Shown one piece after another: positions 1 to 8,606 of a DNA stretch of 64,000 nucleotides. Origin of the DNA: a virus; IMG/VR virus record IMGVR_UViG_3300002134_000110. One strand, given 5' to 3'. Within the stretch, counting starts at the first letter, position 1; each line of letters starts with the position of its first letter. Both the position numbers and the translations under genes were made by a program. The notes beneath the pieces are model-generated. The model did not search any database. It was not told the origin of the DNA and was given only the letters and a program-made list of their open reading frames with translations.

Positions 1-4
1 AATT

Positions 5-205
5 ATGAGAACAACACAAAATTGGGTATTTTATACCGGCAGACACAAATACGGACGAGTAAAAGCATTTTGTTTTAAAGCGTGTAAACGCCCTGAGATT
101 ACAAATGTTTGGAAGGATATTAATATGCTACTTGATAAAAATATAGTTGAACAGGTTGGCTATATGACAGAACAAGAGTGGGCTAGACACATGTGGAGGG
201 AATAG
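5..205 (+). CDS. hypothetical early protein (66 aa); frame is open to the window edge so the true start may lie upstream
   Basis: ATG ORF in the tightly packed co-oriented plus-strand array; no recognisable motif. Confidence 0.45.
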   Translation: MRTTQNWVFYTGRHKYGRVKAFCFKACKRPEITNVWKDINMLLDKNIVEQVGYMTEQEWARHMWRE

Positions 206-207
206 CT

Positions 208-339
208 ATGAGATATACAAAAGAACAATTAGATAATTTGGTAGGCCTTTTTGATGCGGATTTTGTGTGGGCACAAATGCAAGATGAGGGTTTAGACGAC
301 GAGAGTTTTTACATTGAACAAAGATATTTTAATTTATAA
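208..339 (+). CDS. hypothetical small acidic protein (43 aa)
   Basis: Hand-translated ATG ORF MRYTKEQLDNLVGLFDADFVWAQMQDEGLDDESFYIEQRYFNL starting 3 nt after the previous stop; below the ORF-track size cutoff. Confidence 0.35.
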   Translation: MRYTKEQLDNLVGLFDADFVWAQMQDEGLDDESFYIEQRYFNL

Positions 340-343
340 CATT

Positions 344-550
344 ATGAGAAGCACAAACTATTTAACAATACTTGACCACAACTCTGGAGTTGTATGGCAA
401 ATTGATATGGAAGAGGTTGACGGGTTCGACTACGACTGGGGAACATCAGCTTTTGAAAATTATATAACCAAAGACCTTAAGTTTTATTTGCATGAGATAG
501 ATTATATGTTGCATGCAGATGAAGATATAAGAAGGAACCGAGATATTTAA
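344..550 (+). CDS. hypothetical early protein (68 aa)
   Basis: The track ORF 314..550 starts at TTG. The first in-frame ATG is at 344, 5 nt after the stop of the 208..339 ORF. Confidence 0.5.
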   Translation: MRSTNYLTILDHNSGVVWQIDMEEVDGFDYDWGTSAFENYITKDLKFYLHEIDYMLHADEDIRRNRDI

Positions 551-555
551 TAGAC

Positions 556-584
556 TTAGCACGAACAACTATTGATAATATAAA
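556..584 (+). promoter_or_regulatory. early promoter module copy 1 (TTAGCA-17 nt-TATAAA)
   Basis: TTAGCACGAacaactaTTGATAATATAAATGTAAC. It shares about 30 aligned positions with copies at 1764, 63567 and 63756 and lies 24 nt upstream of the ATG at 608. Confidence 0.6.
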
Positions 585-607
585 TGTAACAACTAAAACA
601 TATAACT

Positions 608-907
608 ATGACACACTTTGAAAGACTTTACACTGAACGAATTTTATTAAACTTAAAAGATTATACTATTCAAGATCTAGACGACTACCACGATGCTATA
701 CACGAGATTGTTGACAATATGTGTATTTACACTAAAGATTGCAAAGATGCAGTTGAAGAATTAGACTACGATGTATTTCAAGAAGACGATTTATTTGGCA
801 AAGCTAGAAACTATAGTGAAGCAGCTTATGCAGCAATCTATCAAAACTTTTACGAAAACGGGCCATGCTTTGAAGAGTATGCAGCCAACAACTTAATCGC
901 ACAATAA
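608..907 (+). CDS. hypothetical acidic early protein (99 aa)
   Basis: ATG ORF directly downstream of promoter copy 1; no motif recognised. Confidence 0.65.
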   Translation: MTHFERLYTERILLNLKDYTIQDLDDYHDAIHEIVDNMCIYTKDCKDAVEELDYDVFQEDDLFGKARNYSEAAYAAIYQNFYENGPCFEEYAANNLIAQ

Positions 908-1095
908 TGAAAAAACCAGAATATCAAGAACTATCTAGCGAACTATACGAACTTACTTGCGACTTTGTAAGCGAGCAATTACTTGAAATGCTTTACAACA
1001 AAAATATAATTAAAGAAACAGACGACGAAGCAATGGAAATATTTAACAAAACATTAAAACAATATTATAACACACACTTAACAAAATCATGGTAA
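907..1095 (+). CDS. hypothetical protein (62 aa)
   Basis: ATG overlaps the previous stop (TAATG coupling). Confidence 0.55.
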   Translation: MKKPEYQELSSELYELTCDFVSEQLLEMLYNKNIIKETDDEAMEIFNKTLKQYYNTHLTKSW

Positions 1096-1217
1096 TAAAT
1101 AATTATAACGAAGCATCTTTTAATTACTTTTTAGATAAGTTAGATGCGTTTGAAAACGAAGAAATAAACAAACAACAATTTATAGATTTAATGGAAAACT
1201 ATTTTAAAAAATATTAA
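1089..1217 (+). CDS. hypothetical small protein (42 aa)
   Basis: Hand-translated ORF MVINNYNEASFNYFLDKLDAFENEEINKQQFIDLMENYFKKY that fills the gap between 1095 and 1220. Confidence 0.3.
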   Translation: MVINNYNEASFNYFLDKLDAFENEEINKQQFIDLMENYFKKY

Positions 1218-1219
1218 TT

Positions 1220-1561
1220 ATGTCACACTATAAAAAATTAGTAATTGAAAAGTCAGGTGCAATACTTGACACCGAACACAGAGGATCAGACTACGATGTC
1301 ACATTTGAATCCATATTAACTGCTGATGGCCACGATATTTATGTAGCCTTAGATCAAGGCGAGTGGGTGAATGTAGTAACAGACAGAGACATGTACATTG
1401 AAGCATCAATGCTATACACAGAGATTGAATCTGCAATTAACTTAGGGTCTAATATATATGTTGATCAGTACATACTTGACGCATGCGAATTAGATGACGA
1501 TAGCGACCGCTGGGAATACCTATGGAATGAGTGGTATATAGATAACCTTGGATTTTTATAA
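1220..1561 (+). CDS. hypothetical acidic protein (113 aa)
   Basis: ATG ORF in the co-oriented array. Confidence 0.65.
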   Translation: MSHYKKLVIEKSGAILDTEHRGSDYDVTFESILTADGHDIYVALDQGEWVNVVTDRDMYIEASMLYTEIESAINLGSNIYVDQYILDACELDDDSDRWEYLWNEWYIDNLGFL

Positions 1562-1572
1562 TAATATATACG

Positions 1573-1761
1573 ATGACTAAAGAAGAATTTTTACAATACC
1601 AAGAAAAGCAGCGCAAGCAAGCAGCTTATGCACGTATCAAAAAATTAGCAGGCCTTGGCGAATGCAAAGGATTAACTGACGAAGAGTGGGATAGCATTGA
1701 AACACCCGGTAAGTCAAGATTTAAAAATAGCTTAATTAAACAAAGTTCATTTAAAAAATAA
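1573..1761 (+). CDS. hypothetical basic protein (62 aa)
   Basis: ATG ORF in the co-oriented array. Confidence 0.55.
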   Translation: MTKEEFLQYQEKQRKQAAYARIKKLAGLGECKGLTDEEWDSIETPGKSRFKNSLIKQSSFKK

Positions 1762-1763
1762 AC

Positions 1764-1792
1764 TTAGCACGAATATTAATTGATAATATAAT
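1764..1792 (+). promoter_or_regulatory. early promoter module copy 2 (TTAGCA-17 nt-TATAAT)
   Basis: TTAGCACGAatattaaTTGATAATATAATTGTATG aligned with copies 1, 3 and 4. Confidence 0.55.
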
Positions 1793-1942
1793 TGTATGAA
1801 CAAACAACTTATAACACCTGAAAATAAGCGTGCTGCAATAATAGAAAAAATAGCTAAAGCTTTATTTTTAGTAGCATGGATCATATTAAATTACATACTA
1901 TACTTACAATACAAATAGCTTTACACAAAAAATATAAAACTT

Positions 1943-2056
1943 ATGGAAGAAATATTAAAATTATCAGCAAGTAATGAACAATTAATTCGTATCTTAGCAT
2001 CAATGCACGAACGCATAACCGATCTGGAAACGCAAAATGATAGAGAATGGATATAA
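1943..2056 (+). CDS. hypothetical small protein (37 aa)
   Basis: Hand-translated ORF MEEILKLSASNEQLIRILASMHERITDLETQNDREWI whose end overlaps the ATG at 2047. Confidence 0.3.
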   Translation: MEEILKLSASNEQLIRILASMHERITDLETQNDREWI

Positions 2057-2295
2057 AAGAAAAAGCATATAATAAAATATATTCAAAGCTACATAGTGCT
2101 ATACACAAGTGGCAAGCCGCGAAGGCTGGTGATTGGCAGTGGATGGGTATAGATGAAGCACCTACTGTCAGGCTAAACCAAATTAAACAGCACAAACAAC
2201 AAGTAGAAATTTATGAATACATTGAAAAACTAATAGCAAATGACAGAATCAGAAATGCAGCGACTATCTACACTGATAGCAGAGAAAATATTTGA
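2047..2295 (+). CDS. hypothetical protein (82 aa)
   Basis: ATG ORF. The antisense ORF 1941..2195 is hydrophobic low-complexity and was rejected. Confidence 0.5.
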   Translation: MDIKEKAYNKIYSKLHSAIHKWQAAKAGDWQWMGIDEAPTVRLNQIKQHKQQVEIYEYIEKLIANDRIRNAATIYTDSRENI

Positions 2296-2512
2296 TCTTG
2301 GCGAAAAGCAAGTGGCTAAAGAGCCAAGTAAATTTTATGCTGTGGACGAGCATGGTGACAAATACGAGATCACTGAATATGAATTCATTAGCTTTCAAAT
2401 AGATGATCTAGAAGCTATTGAACGCGAACATGTAAATAAAGAAGAATACACAGAAGCATTATTAATACAAAAAAAAATACAAACATTAGAAACCAAAAGA
2501 AACCAATTATGA
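2240..2512 (+). CDS. hypothetical acidic protein (90 aa; alternative start at 2255)
   Basis: ATG ORF overlapping the previous gene by 56 nt; the start is uncertain. Confidence 0.5.
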   Translation: MTESEMQRLSTLIAEKIFDLGEKQVAKEPSKFYAVDEHGDKYEITEYEFISFQIDDLEAIEREHVNKEEYTEALLIQKKIQTLETKRNQL

Positions 2513-2733
2513 AAGTAACTAAAGAAAAACTAAATGTAAATTCAAGTGCAATCCTAACAATGTCTTATGACTTTGAAGCTAAGCTATTAACCGTTAAGTT
2601 TGCAAACAGCAGAGTATACCAATTTGAAAATGTAACTACTGAAATATTTTACGCAATGAAACATTCAGAATCAATTGGCAAGTTCTTTAATAAGTATATT
2701 AAATGGAACTATAAATTTAATCACATTGGGTAA
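2509..2733 (+). CDS. KTSC-domain-like small protein
   Basis: ATGA overlap with the previous gene. Pattern SSAILTMSYDFEAKLLTVKFANSRVYQFENVTTEIFYAMKHSESIGKFFNKYI matches the KTSC fold signature by eye (xVxYD, LxVxF, YxYxxVP, SxGxYF). Confidence 0.6.
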   Translation: MKVTKEKLNVNSSAILTMSYDFEAKLLTVKFANSRVYQFENVTTEIFYAMKHSESIGKFFNKYIKWNYKFNHIG

Positions 2734-2880
2734 GCTTATTATAATTGATAGCAATGGTCGTCATGAGTATCTGATCAATACAAGACTGGCTGACCATGTT
2801 ATCGATGACATCACAAATAAAATATTAAAAGACTTTCCACAAGATGCAGTGGTGGATTTTGAACAACTATATTAAATATT

Positions 2881-3390
2881 ATGACGGTACAACTAGAAAC
2901 TATAAAAGATTATATTGAAGCTAATATAAAAGTTAGTTTAAAAAAGAAAACAAGGGAAAGAGATATGTGTTATGCTAGAGCTGTATACTATAAGCTTGCT
3001 AAAAGATACACGGTACAATCATTATCATCAATTGGTAAATTAGTAGGTAGAGATCACGCGACAGTATTACACGGCTTAAAACTATTTGATGAAGCTATTA
3101 TGTATTCAGAACCACTTAAAATTGTATATGATTCATTCTCTATTAATGTAGAGAATAAAAACTTAGAAGATGCTGACTCTAATATGCTGGATATTAAAAA
3201 CTTAGCAGAACAAAACAAAAGACTAAAAAGAAAAGTATTTAAACAAAACCTTGAAATAGATATTTTAAAGAAACAAAAAATACAACCTACAAATAAAACC
3301 GAAGAGTTTATAGATTTAATTAATTCAGTAGACGAGAATAAGCTTGATATGCTATACACACGTCTTGACGCAATTGTAAAAATGATATGA
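2881..3390 (+). CDS. DnaA C-terminal (domain IV)-like helix-turn-helix DNA-binding protein
   Basis: ARAVYYKLAKRYTVQSLSSIGKLVGRDHATVLHGLKLFDE aligns with E. coli DnaA domain IV ([43 protein letters not shown]). No AAA+ region is present. Confidence 0.7.
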   Translation: MTVQLETIKDYIEANIKVSLKKKTRERDMCYARAVYYKLAKRYTVQSLSSIGKLVGRDHATVLHGLKLFDEAIMYSEPLKIVYDSFSINVENKNLEDADSNMLDIKNLAEQNKRLKRKVFKQNLEIDILKKQKIQPTNKTEEFIDLINSVDENKLDMLYTRLDAIVKMI

Positions 3391-3728
3391 TAAAATTAAT
3401 AGTAAGTATAGTAGTATGCGTAACAGCAACTGTTTACAATGCAGTGCCTGAACAAACGAATGAAGATCCAGGGCACACGGCATCAATGTATGAAATAGAT
3501 TTAGAAAACCCATATAAACATCGCATCTTAGCTGTATCGCGAGATTTATACAAATTAGGATATAAGTTCGGCACTAAAGTAAAAGTGTCTTGTGGGTGCC
3601 CGTACGAAGGCATATGGGTAGTCAGAGACTTAATGAATAAAAGATACAAAAGAAGCATTGATTTTTTAATTAATGAAGATATGCCAATTGGCAAATGGGA
3701 TAAAGTTCAAATAACTAAAATAAATTAA
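3387..3728 (+). CDS. secreted 3D-domain (MltA/RlpA-like double-psi beta-barrel) protein
   Basis: N-terminal hydrophobic signal-like segment MIKLIVSIVVCVTATVYNA. It is followed by YNAVPEQTNEDPGHTASM, ILAVSRDL, KVKV, GIWVVRDLMNKRYKRSIDFL, which resembles 3D-domain motifs. Confidence 0.55.
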   Translation: MIKLIVSIVVCVTATVYNAVPEQTNEDPGHTASMYEIDLENPYKHRILAVSRDLYKLGYKFGTKVKVSCGCPYEGIWVVRDLMNKRYKRSIDFLINEDMPIGKWDKVQITKIN

Positions 3729-3803
3729 CAACTTTAAAAAAAAATTACTACTTTCACAAAAAAACAGTGACAATAGGTAGTTAATATAAATAGTAATAGG
3801 CTA

Positions 3804-4463
3804 ATGTCGCACGAAAGATTGCTTGATTATTTAAATCAAAGACGGATAATTTATAGGAGATTGCCTATATCAGACAAGCCAACAGCATGTTTTGATTGGG
3901 GTTACTTTTATGAAGATGGTACTCATGAGTGTTATGATTTATTTAGAAGCAAAGCTAAAATAACAAGTTATAGATCTTTAAAATGGCACTTATTAGTTTT
4001 ATGGTATTTAAATCCTCAGCTTGATCAAAAAGCTTTTAATAATCTAGCGGAGTATATTTGTAATAAAAAAAATGGATTTATAACATTTGAACCGCCTGAT
4101 GATTCAGTAAGCAAAATTGTTTACGATGTTAGCATAAAAGATTTAGAACAACCCCCTAAAAATAAAACACGTAAAATAATATTTAAATACCAATGTAAAT
4201 TATCATTATCAGAAAAGCTTAGCATTGTAGGCCAAATGATAGGTAAAACAAAAAGAGTAACAGAAGCAGATATATACGACATGATGCTTTATATAAATGA
4301 TAATGGCGAAAAAATAACAATAACAAAAATAGCTAAGCTATTAAGCTGTGCAACTAGAACCATACACCGAAACATAACCAAAAAACTTAAAGATGAAAAA
4401 GAACTATTAAATCAACAAAATGAAAAAGTACAACATTCGCAATTATGTGAGGTACAAGGATGA
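3804..4463 (+). CDS. hypothetical protein with a C-terminal HTH-like segment
   Basis: 219-aa ATG ORF after a 75-nt gap. The C-terminal ITITKIAKLLSCATRTIHRNITKKL looks like a helix-turn-helix. It overlaps the sigma factor gene by 44 nt. Confidence 0.55.
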   Translation: MSHERLLDYLNQRRIIYRRLPISDKPTACFDWGYFYEDGTHECYDLFRSKAKITSYRSLKWHLLVLWYLNPQLDQKAFNNLAEYICNKKNGFITFEPPDDSVSKIVYDVSIKDLEQPPKNKTRKIIFKYQCKLSLSEKLSIVGQMIGKTKRVTEADIYDMMLYINDNGEKITITKIAKLLSCATRTIHRNITKKLKDEKELLNQQNEKVQHSQLCEVQG

Positions 4464-5181
4464 TGTTAAAATATCAATTAATTTAATTGAGTTTAAAGCA
4501 TTTCAAGACTACACGCGAGACGAACTAATTGTTACTTTCCTACCATTGGTAGAGAACATAGCGCGGAAGTTTTCAACTTCAGATCAAGCATCAGGTGTTA
4601 TGGATATTACGGATTTAATTCAAGACGGAAGTTTAGGATTAATAAAAGCAGTAGACAAAATAATATGGGATACCGTAACGGGATCTAATGATCCAGAAAA
4701 AACATTAAAGTCTTTCCTATCAAAGAGAATAAAAGGGGCAATACGAAGGGCTATTGATATTAACAGAGGTGATATACGAATACCAGAACACAAACTAACC
4801 GAAATAAGAAAAGATAACGGCAAAGATAAGACTATGGTAGCAATGTTTTTTAATTCCATTTTTCTTAGCATTGACGAGCAAGTAAATGAAGATGATGACA
4901 ATATAATGCATCAAATACCGGATCAGACTGAGCCATACAATATAACTTTATTGAATTTATATTTAACAAGCCTATTAAAAAAGCATTTAGACGAAAAAGA
5001 ATTTGAAGTATTAAGATTAAGCTATGGGCTTAATTGTGATAAACACTCCGCAAATAAAATAGCAGAGATATTAAATATAGAAGGATCAAGCGCTTATGTT
5101 AGGATTTCAGAGATTAAAAAACAAGCAGTGCAAAAATTAATAGAAAATGTAGATTCTTCGCAAGTAATTGACTATCTTTAA
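4420..5181 (+). CDS. RNA polymerase sigma factor (sigma-70 family)
   Basis: Region 2 signature DLIQDGSLGLIKAVDKI. Region 4 signature FEVLRLSYGL followed by ANKIAEILNIEGSSAYVRISEIKKQAVQKL. Confidence 0.8.
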   Translation: MKKYNIRNYVRYKDDVKISINLIEFKAFQDYTRDELIVTFLPLVENIARKFSTSDQASGVMDITDLIQDGSLGLIKAVDKIIWDTVTGSNDPEKTLKSFLSKRIKGAIRRAIDINRGDIRIPEHKLTEIRKDNGKDKTMVAMFFNSIFLSIDEQVNEDDDNIMHQIPDQTEPYNITLLNLYLTSLLKKHLDEKEFEVLRLSYGLNCDKHSANKIAEILNIEGSSAYVRISEIKKQAVQKLIENVDSSQVIDYL

Positions 5182-5206
5182 CATATATAACTAAATTAAA
5201 TTAATT

Positions 5207-5731
5207 ATGAAACTACACGAAAAATTAAGTAAAATCCAAGTAGAGTTTAAATCTAAAAAAAGTAGGTTTAATGCATTTGGCAAGTACAACTTCAGATCAG
5301 CTGAAGACATCCTAGAAGGGTTAAAACCATTTAATGAAAAGTATAGTGTATACTTTAAAGTGGATGAAGAGCTAATAGTTTCTGATCCCTTCCCAATGTT
5401 TAAATCTGTTGCCACTATATCAGATGGTACAGATACAATACAAGCTACCGCTGTTGTGGGTGTTGATCTTGAACAAAAAGGAATGCAAATGCCACAAAAA
5501 TTTGGTAGTGGTTCTTCTTATGGGAAAAAATATGCTCTTGGAAATTTATTACTAATAGATGACACAGCAGATTCAGATGCAACAAATAACCATGACAAAA
5601 CAATAACAAAGCCAAAGCTTGAAGGGGCAGCTTTAATAAAAGCAAAAGAATTTTTAGCCTCTGGCAAAGGAACTATCGAAGACATTAAAAAGAAATATCA
5701 AATTGATACATCAATTTTAAGCACGTTATAA
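5207..5731 (+). CDS. ERF-family single-strand annealing protein (candidate)
   Basis: LHEKLSKIQVEFKSKKSRFNAFGKYNFRSAEDILEGLKP and GSGSSYGKKYALGNLLLIDD resemble the conserved ERF blocks. It lies next to a nuclease and an SSB-like gene. Confidence 0.55.
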   Translation: MKLHEKLSKIQVEFKSKKSRFNAFGKYNFRSAEDILEGLKPFNEKYSVYFKVDEELIVSDPFPMFKSVATISDGTDTIQATAVVGVDLEQKGMQMPQKFGSGSSYGKKYALGNLLLIDDTADSDATNNHDKTITKPKLEGAALIKAKEFLASGKGTIEDIKKKYQIDTSILSTL

Positions 5732-6471
5732 TGAAGAAAGCACAGTTAAAAGATATACTTAAAAAATTAGAGGACGACGAAAACTATTACGGCGATTTCG
5801 GCAAACAGTTTTTGTCAAATTCAAATATTGGTACGCTTTTAACTGACCCTTTGTCTTTACATCAACCTCAGCCTGCTAATTCAAATTTAATAAAAGGTGC
5901 TTACTTTCATACATTAGTGTTGGAGCCAGAAAAATTAAATAGATATAAAATTATTGATGCAAAAACACGCAACAATAATGAATATAGAGAATTAACTAAC
6001 CCTGAAATATGTTTATTGCAGCATGAAGCTGATATGCTACAAGCTTTAAATGAAACACTAATGGCTAATGAAACAGCCAATGGGTTAATTAGAGATATAG
6101 ATGTTGAGTATGAAATACCCGGACTTATGGAATTAGCGGGTGAATGGTGGAAGTGTAAAACAGATATTAAAAATAATACACAAGGTATTATTGTTGATCT
6201 TAAAACATCTGGAGACATAACCAGATTTGAGCAAAGTGCACGAAACTATAACTATGATAGCCAAGCGTATATATATTCAAGCTATTTTAAAATGGATTTT
6301 ATTTTCTTGGTTATAGACAAAAAAACAAAAAAAATTGGTATCTTTGATTGTTCGCCTCAATTTTTAGAGCGGGGCAAATTTAAAGTTGAAGAAGCCGCTG
6401 AACAGTACAGGTTGTACTACAAGGATCTGAGTTTTGATCCTAAGAATTATTTTATATCAAAAACACTTTAA
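5731..6471 (+). CDS. PD-(D/E)XK family exonuclease (recombination partner candidate)
   Basis: TAATG coupling to the annealase gene. GIIVDLKTSGD fits the (D/E)xK core, with upstream acidic residues (EYEIPG). Confidence 0.55.
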   Translation: MKKAQLKDILKKLEDDENYYGDFGKQFLSNSNIGTLLTDPLSLHQPQPANSNLIKGAYFHTLVLEPEKLNRYKIIDAKTRNNNEYRELTNPEICLLQHEADMLQALNETLMANETANGLIRDIDVEYEIPGLMELAGEWWKCKTDIKNNTQGIIVDLKTSGDITRFEQSARNYNYDSQAYIYSSYFKMDFIFLVIDKKTKKIGIFDCSPQFLERGKFKVEEAAEQYRLYYKDLSFDPKNYFISKTL

Positions 6472-6490
6472 TTAATTAAAACTAAGAATT

Positions 6491-6808
6491 ATGGCATCAA
6501 TTATTAAAACAAGTATCAACTTAAACATGATACCAAAAGGAAAAATCATTGAAGGTAAAAAAGGAAAGTATTTACCTATTACAATTACATTAAATGACGC
6601 ATTAGATAACTACGGCAATCAAGGACCAGTAGTTGTAGAACAGTCAAAAGAAGATCGCGAGAATAAAATAGACAAAGTGTATCTTGGTAACGCAAAAGTT
6701 GTTTGGACTAATGGAATAAATGTGGATGCAGCACCTAGAGACAATCAAACACAACAAGCAGCTCCAGTGGCGGCGGCACCTGCCCCTCAAGATGATTTAC
6801 CGTTTTAA
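6491..6808 (+). CDS. putative ssDNA-binding protein with an acidic C-terminal tail
   Basis: Ends in PAPQDDLPF, resembling the DDDIPF tail of bacterial SSB and the acidic Phe-terminal tail of T7 gp2.5. It sits between the recombination and primase genes. Confidence 0.5.
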   Translation: MASIIKTSINLNMIPKGKIIEGKKGKYLPITITLNDALDNYGNQGPVVVEQSKEDRENKIDKVYLGNAKVVWTNGINVDAAPRDNQTQQAAPVAAAPAPQDDLPF

Positions 6809-6832
6809 TGCTTTTATAATGTGTGTCAATAG

Positions 6833-6860
6833 GGGGAGTTTTAAAAGCTTCCCTTATTTT
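6833..6860 (+). terminator. candidate rho-independent terminator after the SSB-like gene
   Basis: GGGGAGTT / AAGCTTCCC hairpin (8 bp including 2 G-U pairs) followed by TTATTTT. Confidence 0.4.
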
Positions 6861-6884
6861 AATTAACTACTAATTTCTTACCCG

Positions 6885-8606
6885 ATGCAAACAACGGAGA
6901 TAAACGGATTTCAAATAGAACATTTTAATCAATACGATCTACCAACCGGTAAGCCTGAAGGCACTTGCCCGGTTTGTTCCGAACATAGAAAACCTGAAAA
7001 CAAGAAAGCTAAATGTGCTTCTTATGATTGGGAAAGAGGGCTAGGCACTTGCCATCATTGCTCTAATACATTTCAACTTCACACATACCAGCGCAAAGGA
7101 AACGCTGAAAAGATCTACATCAAGCCAGAACCAATACAACTTAAAGAAGTAAGCACTAAGGTTCAAGAATGGTTTCAAAGTAGAGGAATATCAAACAATA
7201 CATTAAAAGCTCTTAAAGTTACAGAAGGCAAAGAATTTATGCCTCAAACCGGTAAAGAAGAAAATGTTATTCATTTTAATTACTTTATGGGTGATGACCT
7301 TATAAATGTAAAATACAGAGATGGACGCAAAAACTTTAAGCTTTATAAAGGTGCTGAAAAAGTTTTTTATAACATAAATGCAATAGTGGGTTATGAGTAT
7401 TGCGTGATTGTAGAAGGCGAAATGGATGCTCTTAGTTTGCATGAAGCTGGTATACCAAATGTTGTATCTGTACCAAATGGAGCTACTCTTGGAACAAACA
7501 ATTTAGATTATTTAGATAACTGTATAGATTACTTTACTGATAAAGAAAAAGTAATACTTGCATTAGACGGAGACGAGGCTGGTCAAGCCTTGCAGAACGA
7601 GTTTATTAGAAGACTCGGGGCTGAAGTTTGCTTTATAGCAACTTTTGATGACTGCAAAGATTCAAACGAATATTTATTAAAACATGGAAAAGAAAAATTA
7701 TCGCAGCGTATTACCTCAGCCAAGCCCGTACCTTTGGAACACGTCACCACTTTTAAGGACATTGAAGGGGAGGTTACTGATTTCGTTACAAATGGCTTTA
7801 AGCCCGGATTTCAGATTGGCTTATCTAACTTTGATGAAATCTTTTCAACTTACACTGGTCAATTTATTACTGTCACTGGTATACCTTCTTCCGGAAAAAG
7901 TGATTTCGTCGACCAAATGGTTGTTGGCTATAACGCTAAGTATGGATGGAAAACGGCATATGCTAGTCCTGAGAATGCGCCAACTTATCTTCACGCACAT
8001 AAGCTTATGCGAAAGGTATGGCAAGGCATGCCCACTAAAGAAGACATTGGTACGAGCAAATGGAATCAAGTAGCTAATCATATAAATGATAATTTCTTTT
8101 TTATTGACATGGAACGTTATACACTCGAGTCTGTGTTACGTAAAGGTGCTGAGCTAGTAAAGCGTAAAGGAATTAAATGTTTAGTTATAGACCCTTTTAA
8201 TAAAGTTAGAGACTATGAGGGAAACTTTGGAGACGTTAATGCATACACCTTAGAATATTTAACTAAAATTGAAATTTTTGCTAAAAAATATGATGTATTA
8301 GTTATTGTTGTTGCACACCCTACTAAAATGTATAAGGATGCCACTGGCAAAATCGAAGAACCCACAATGTACAGTATTAAAGGCGGGGGAGAATGGTATG
8401 ATGCCTCTTATCACGGGTTATTAGTCCATAGAGACTACGTAAACAAAACAGTAAAAGTTAAAGTTCTAAAAGTTAAATTTCAGAATTTAGGGGAAAACGG
8501 AGCTGAAGCCTATTTTAAGTGGGAATATAAATCTGGATGCTTTTTACCTATTAGAGATCCTAACCAATCTATTGCAAGTGCGGATAAAATGCCTTGGGAC
8601 TTATAA
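6885..8606 (+). CDS. bifunctional DNA primase-helicase (T7 gp4-like)
   Basis: Zn finger CPVC...CHHC. TOPRIM motifs VIVEGEMDALSL and LALDGDEAG. Walker A GIPSSGKS, Walker B CLVIDPF and VVAHPTK. Confidence 0.85.
   Translation: MQTTEINGFQIEHFNQYDLPTGKPEGTCPVCSEHRKPENKKAKCASYDWERGLGTCHHCSNTFQLHTYQRKGNAEKIYIKPEPIQLKEVSTKVQEWFQSRGISNNTLKALKVTEGKEFMPQTGKEENVIHFNYFMGDDLINVKYRDGRKNFKLYKGAEKVFYNINAIVGYEYCVIVEGEMDALSLHEAGIPNVVSVPNGATLGTNNLDYLDNCIDYFTDKEKVILALDGDEAGQALQNEFIRRLGAEVCFIATFDDCKDSNEYLLKHGKEKLSQRITSAKPVPLEHVTTFKDIEGEVTDFVTNGFKPGFQIGLSNFDEIFSTYTGQFITVTGIPSSGKSDFVDQMVVGYNAKYGWKTAYASPENAPTYLHAHKLMRKVWQGMPTKEDIGTSKWNQVANHINDNFFFIDMERYTLESVLRKGAELVKRKGIKCLVIDPFNKVRDYEGNFGDVNAYTLEYLTKIEIFAKKYDVLVIVVAHPTKMYKDATGKIEEPTMYSIKGGGEWYDASYHGLLVHRDYVNKTVKVKVLKVKFQNLGENGAEAYFKWEYKSGCFLPIRDPNQSIASADKMPWDL

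Noticed and set aside
1796-1918. 40-aa ORF (MNKQLITPENKRAAIIEKIAKALFLVAWIILNYILYLQYK) beginning 4 nt after the -10 of promoter copy 2
   Set aside because: If the module is a real promoter, the transcript would start at or after this ATG. The ORF could then be used only as a leaderless message. That is possible but unsupported.
2675-2875. 66-aa plus-strand ORF after the KTSC gene
   Set aside because: It has no in-frame ATG; the track start is TTG at 2675 and another TTG lies at 2726. The 147 nt between 2734 and 2880 may well be coding given the gene density, but I cannot support a start codon, so it is not listed as a feature.
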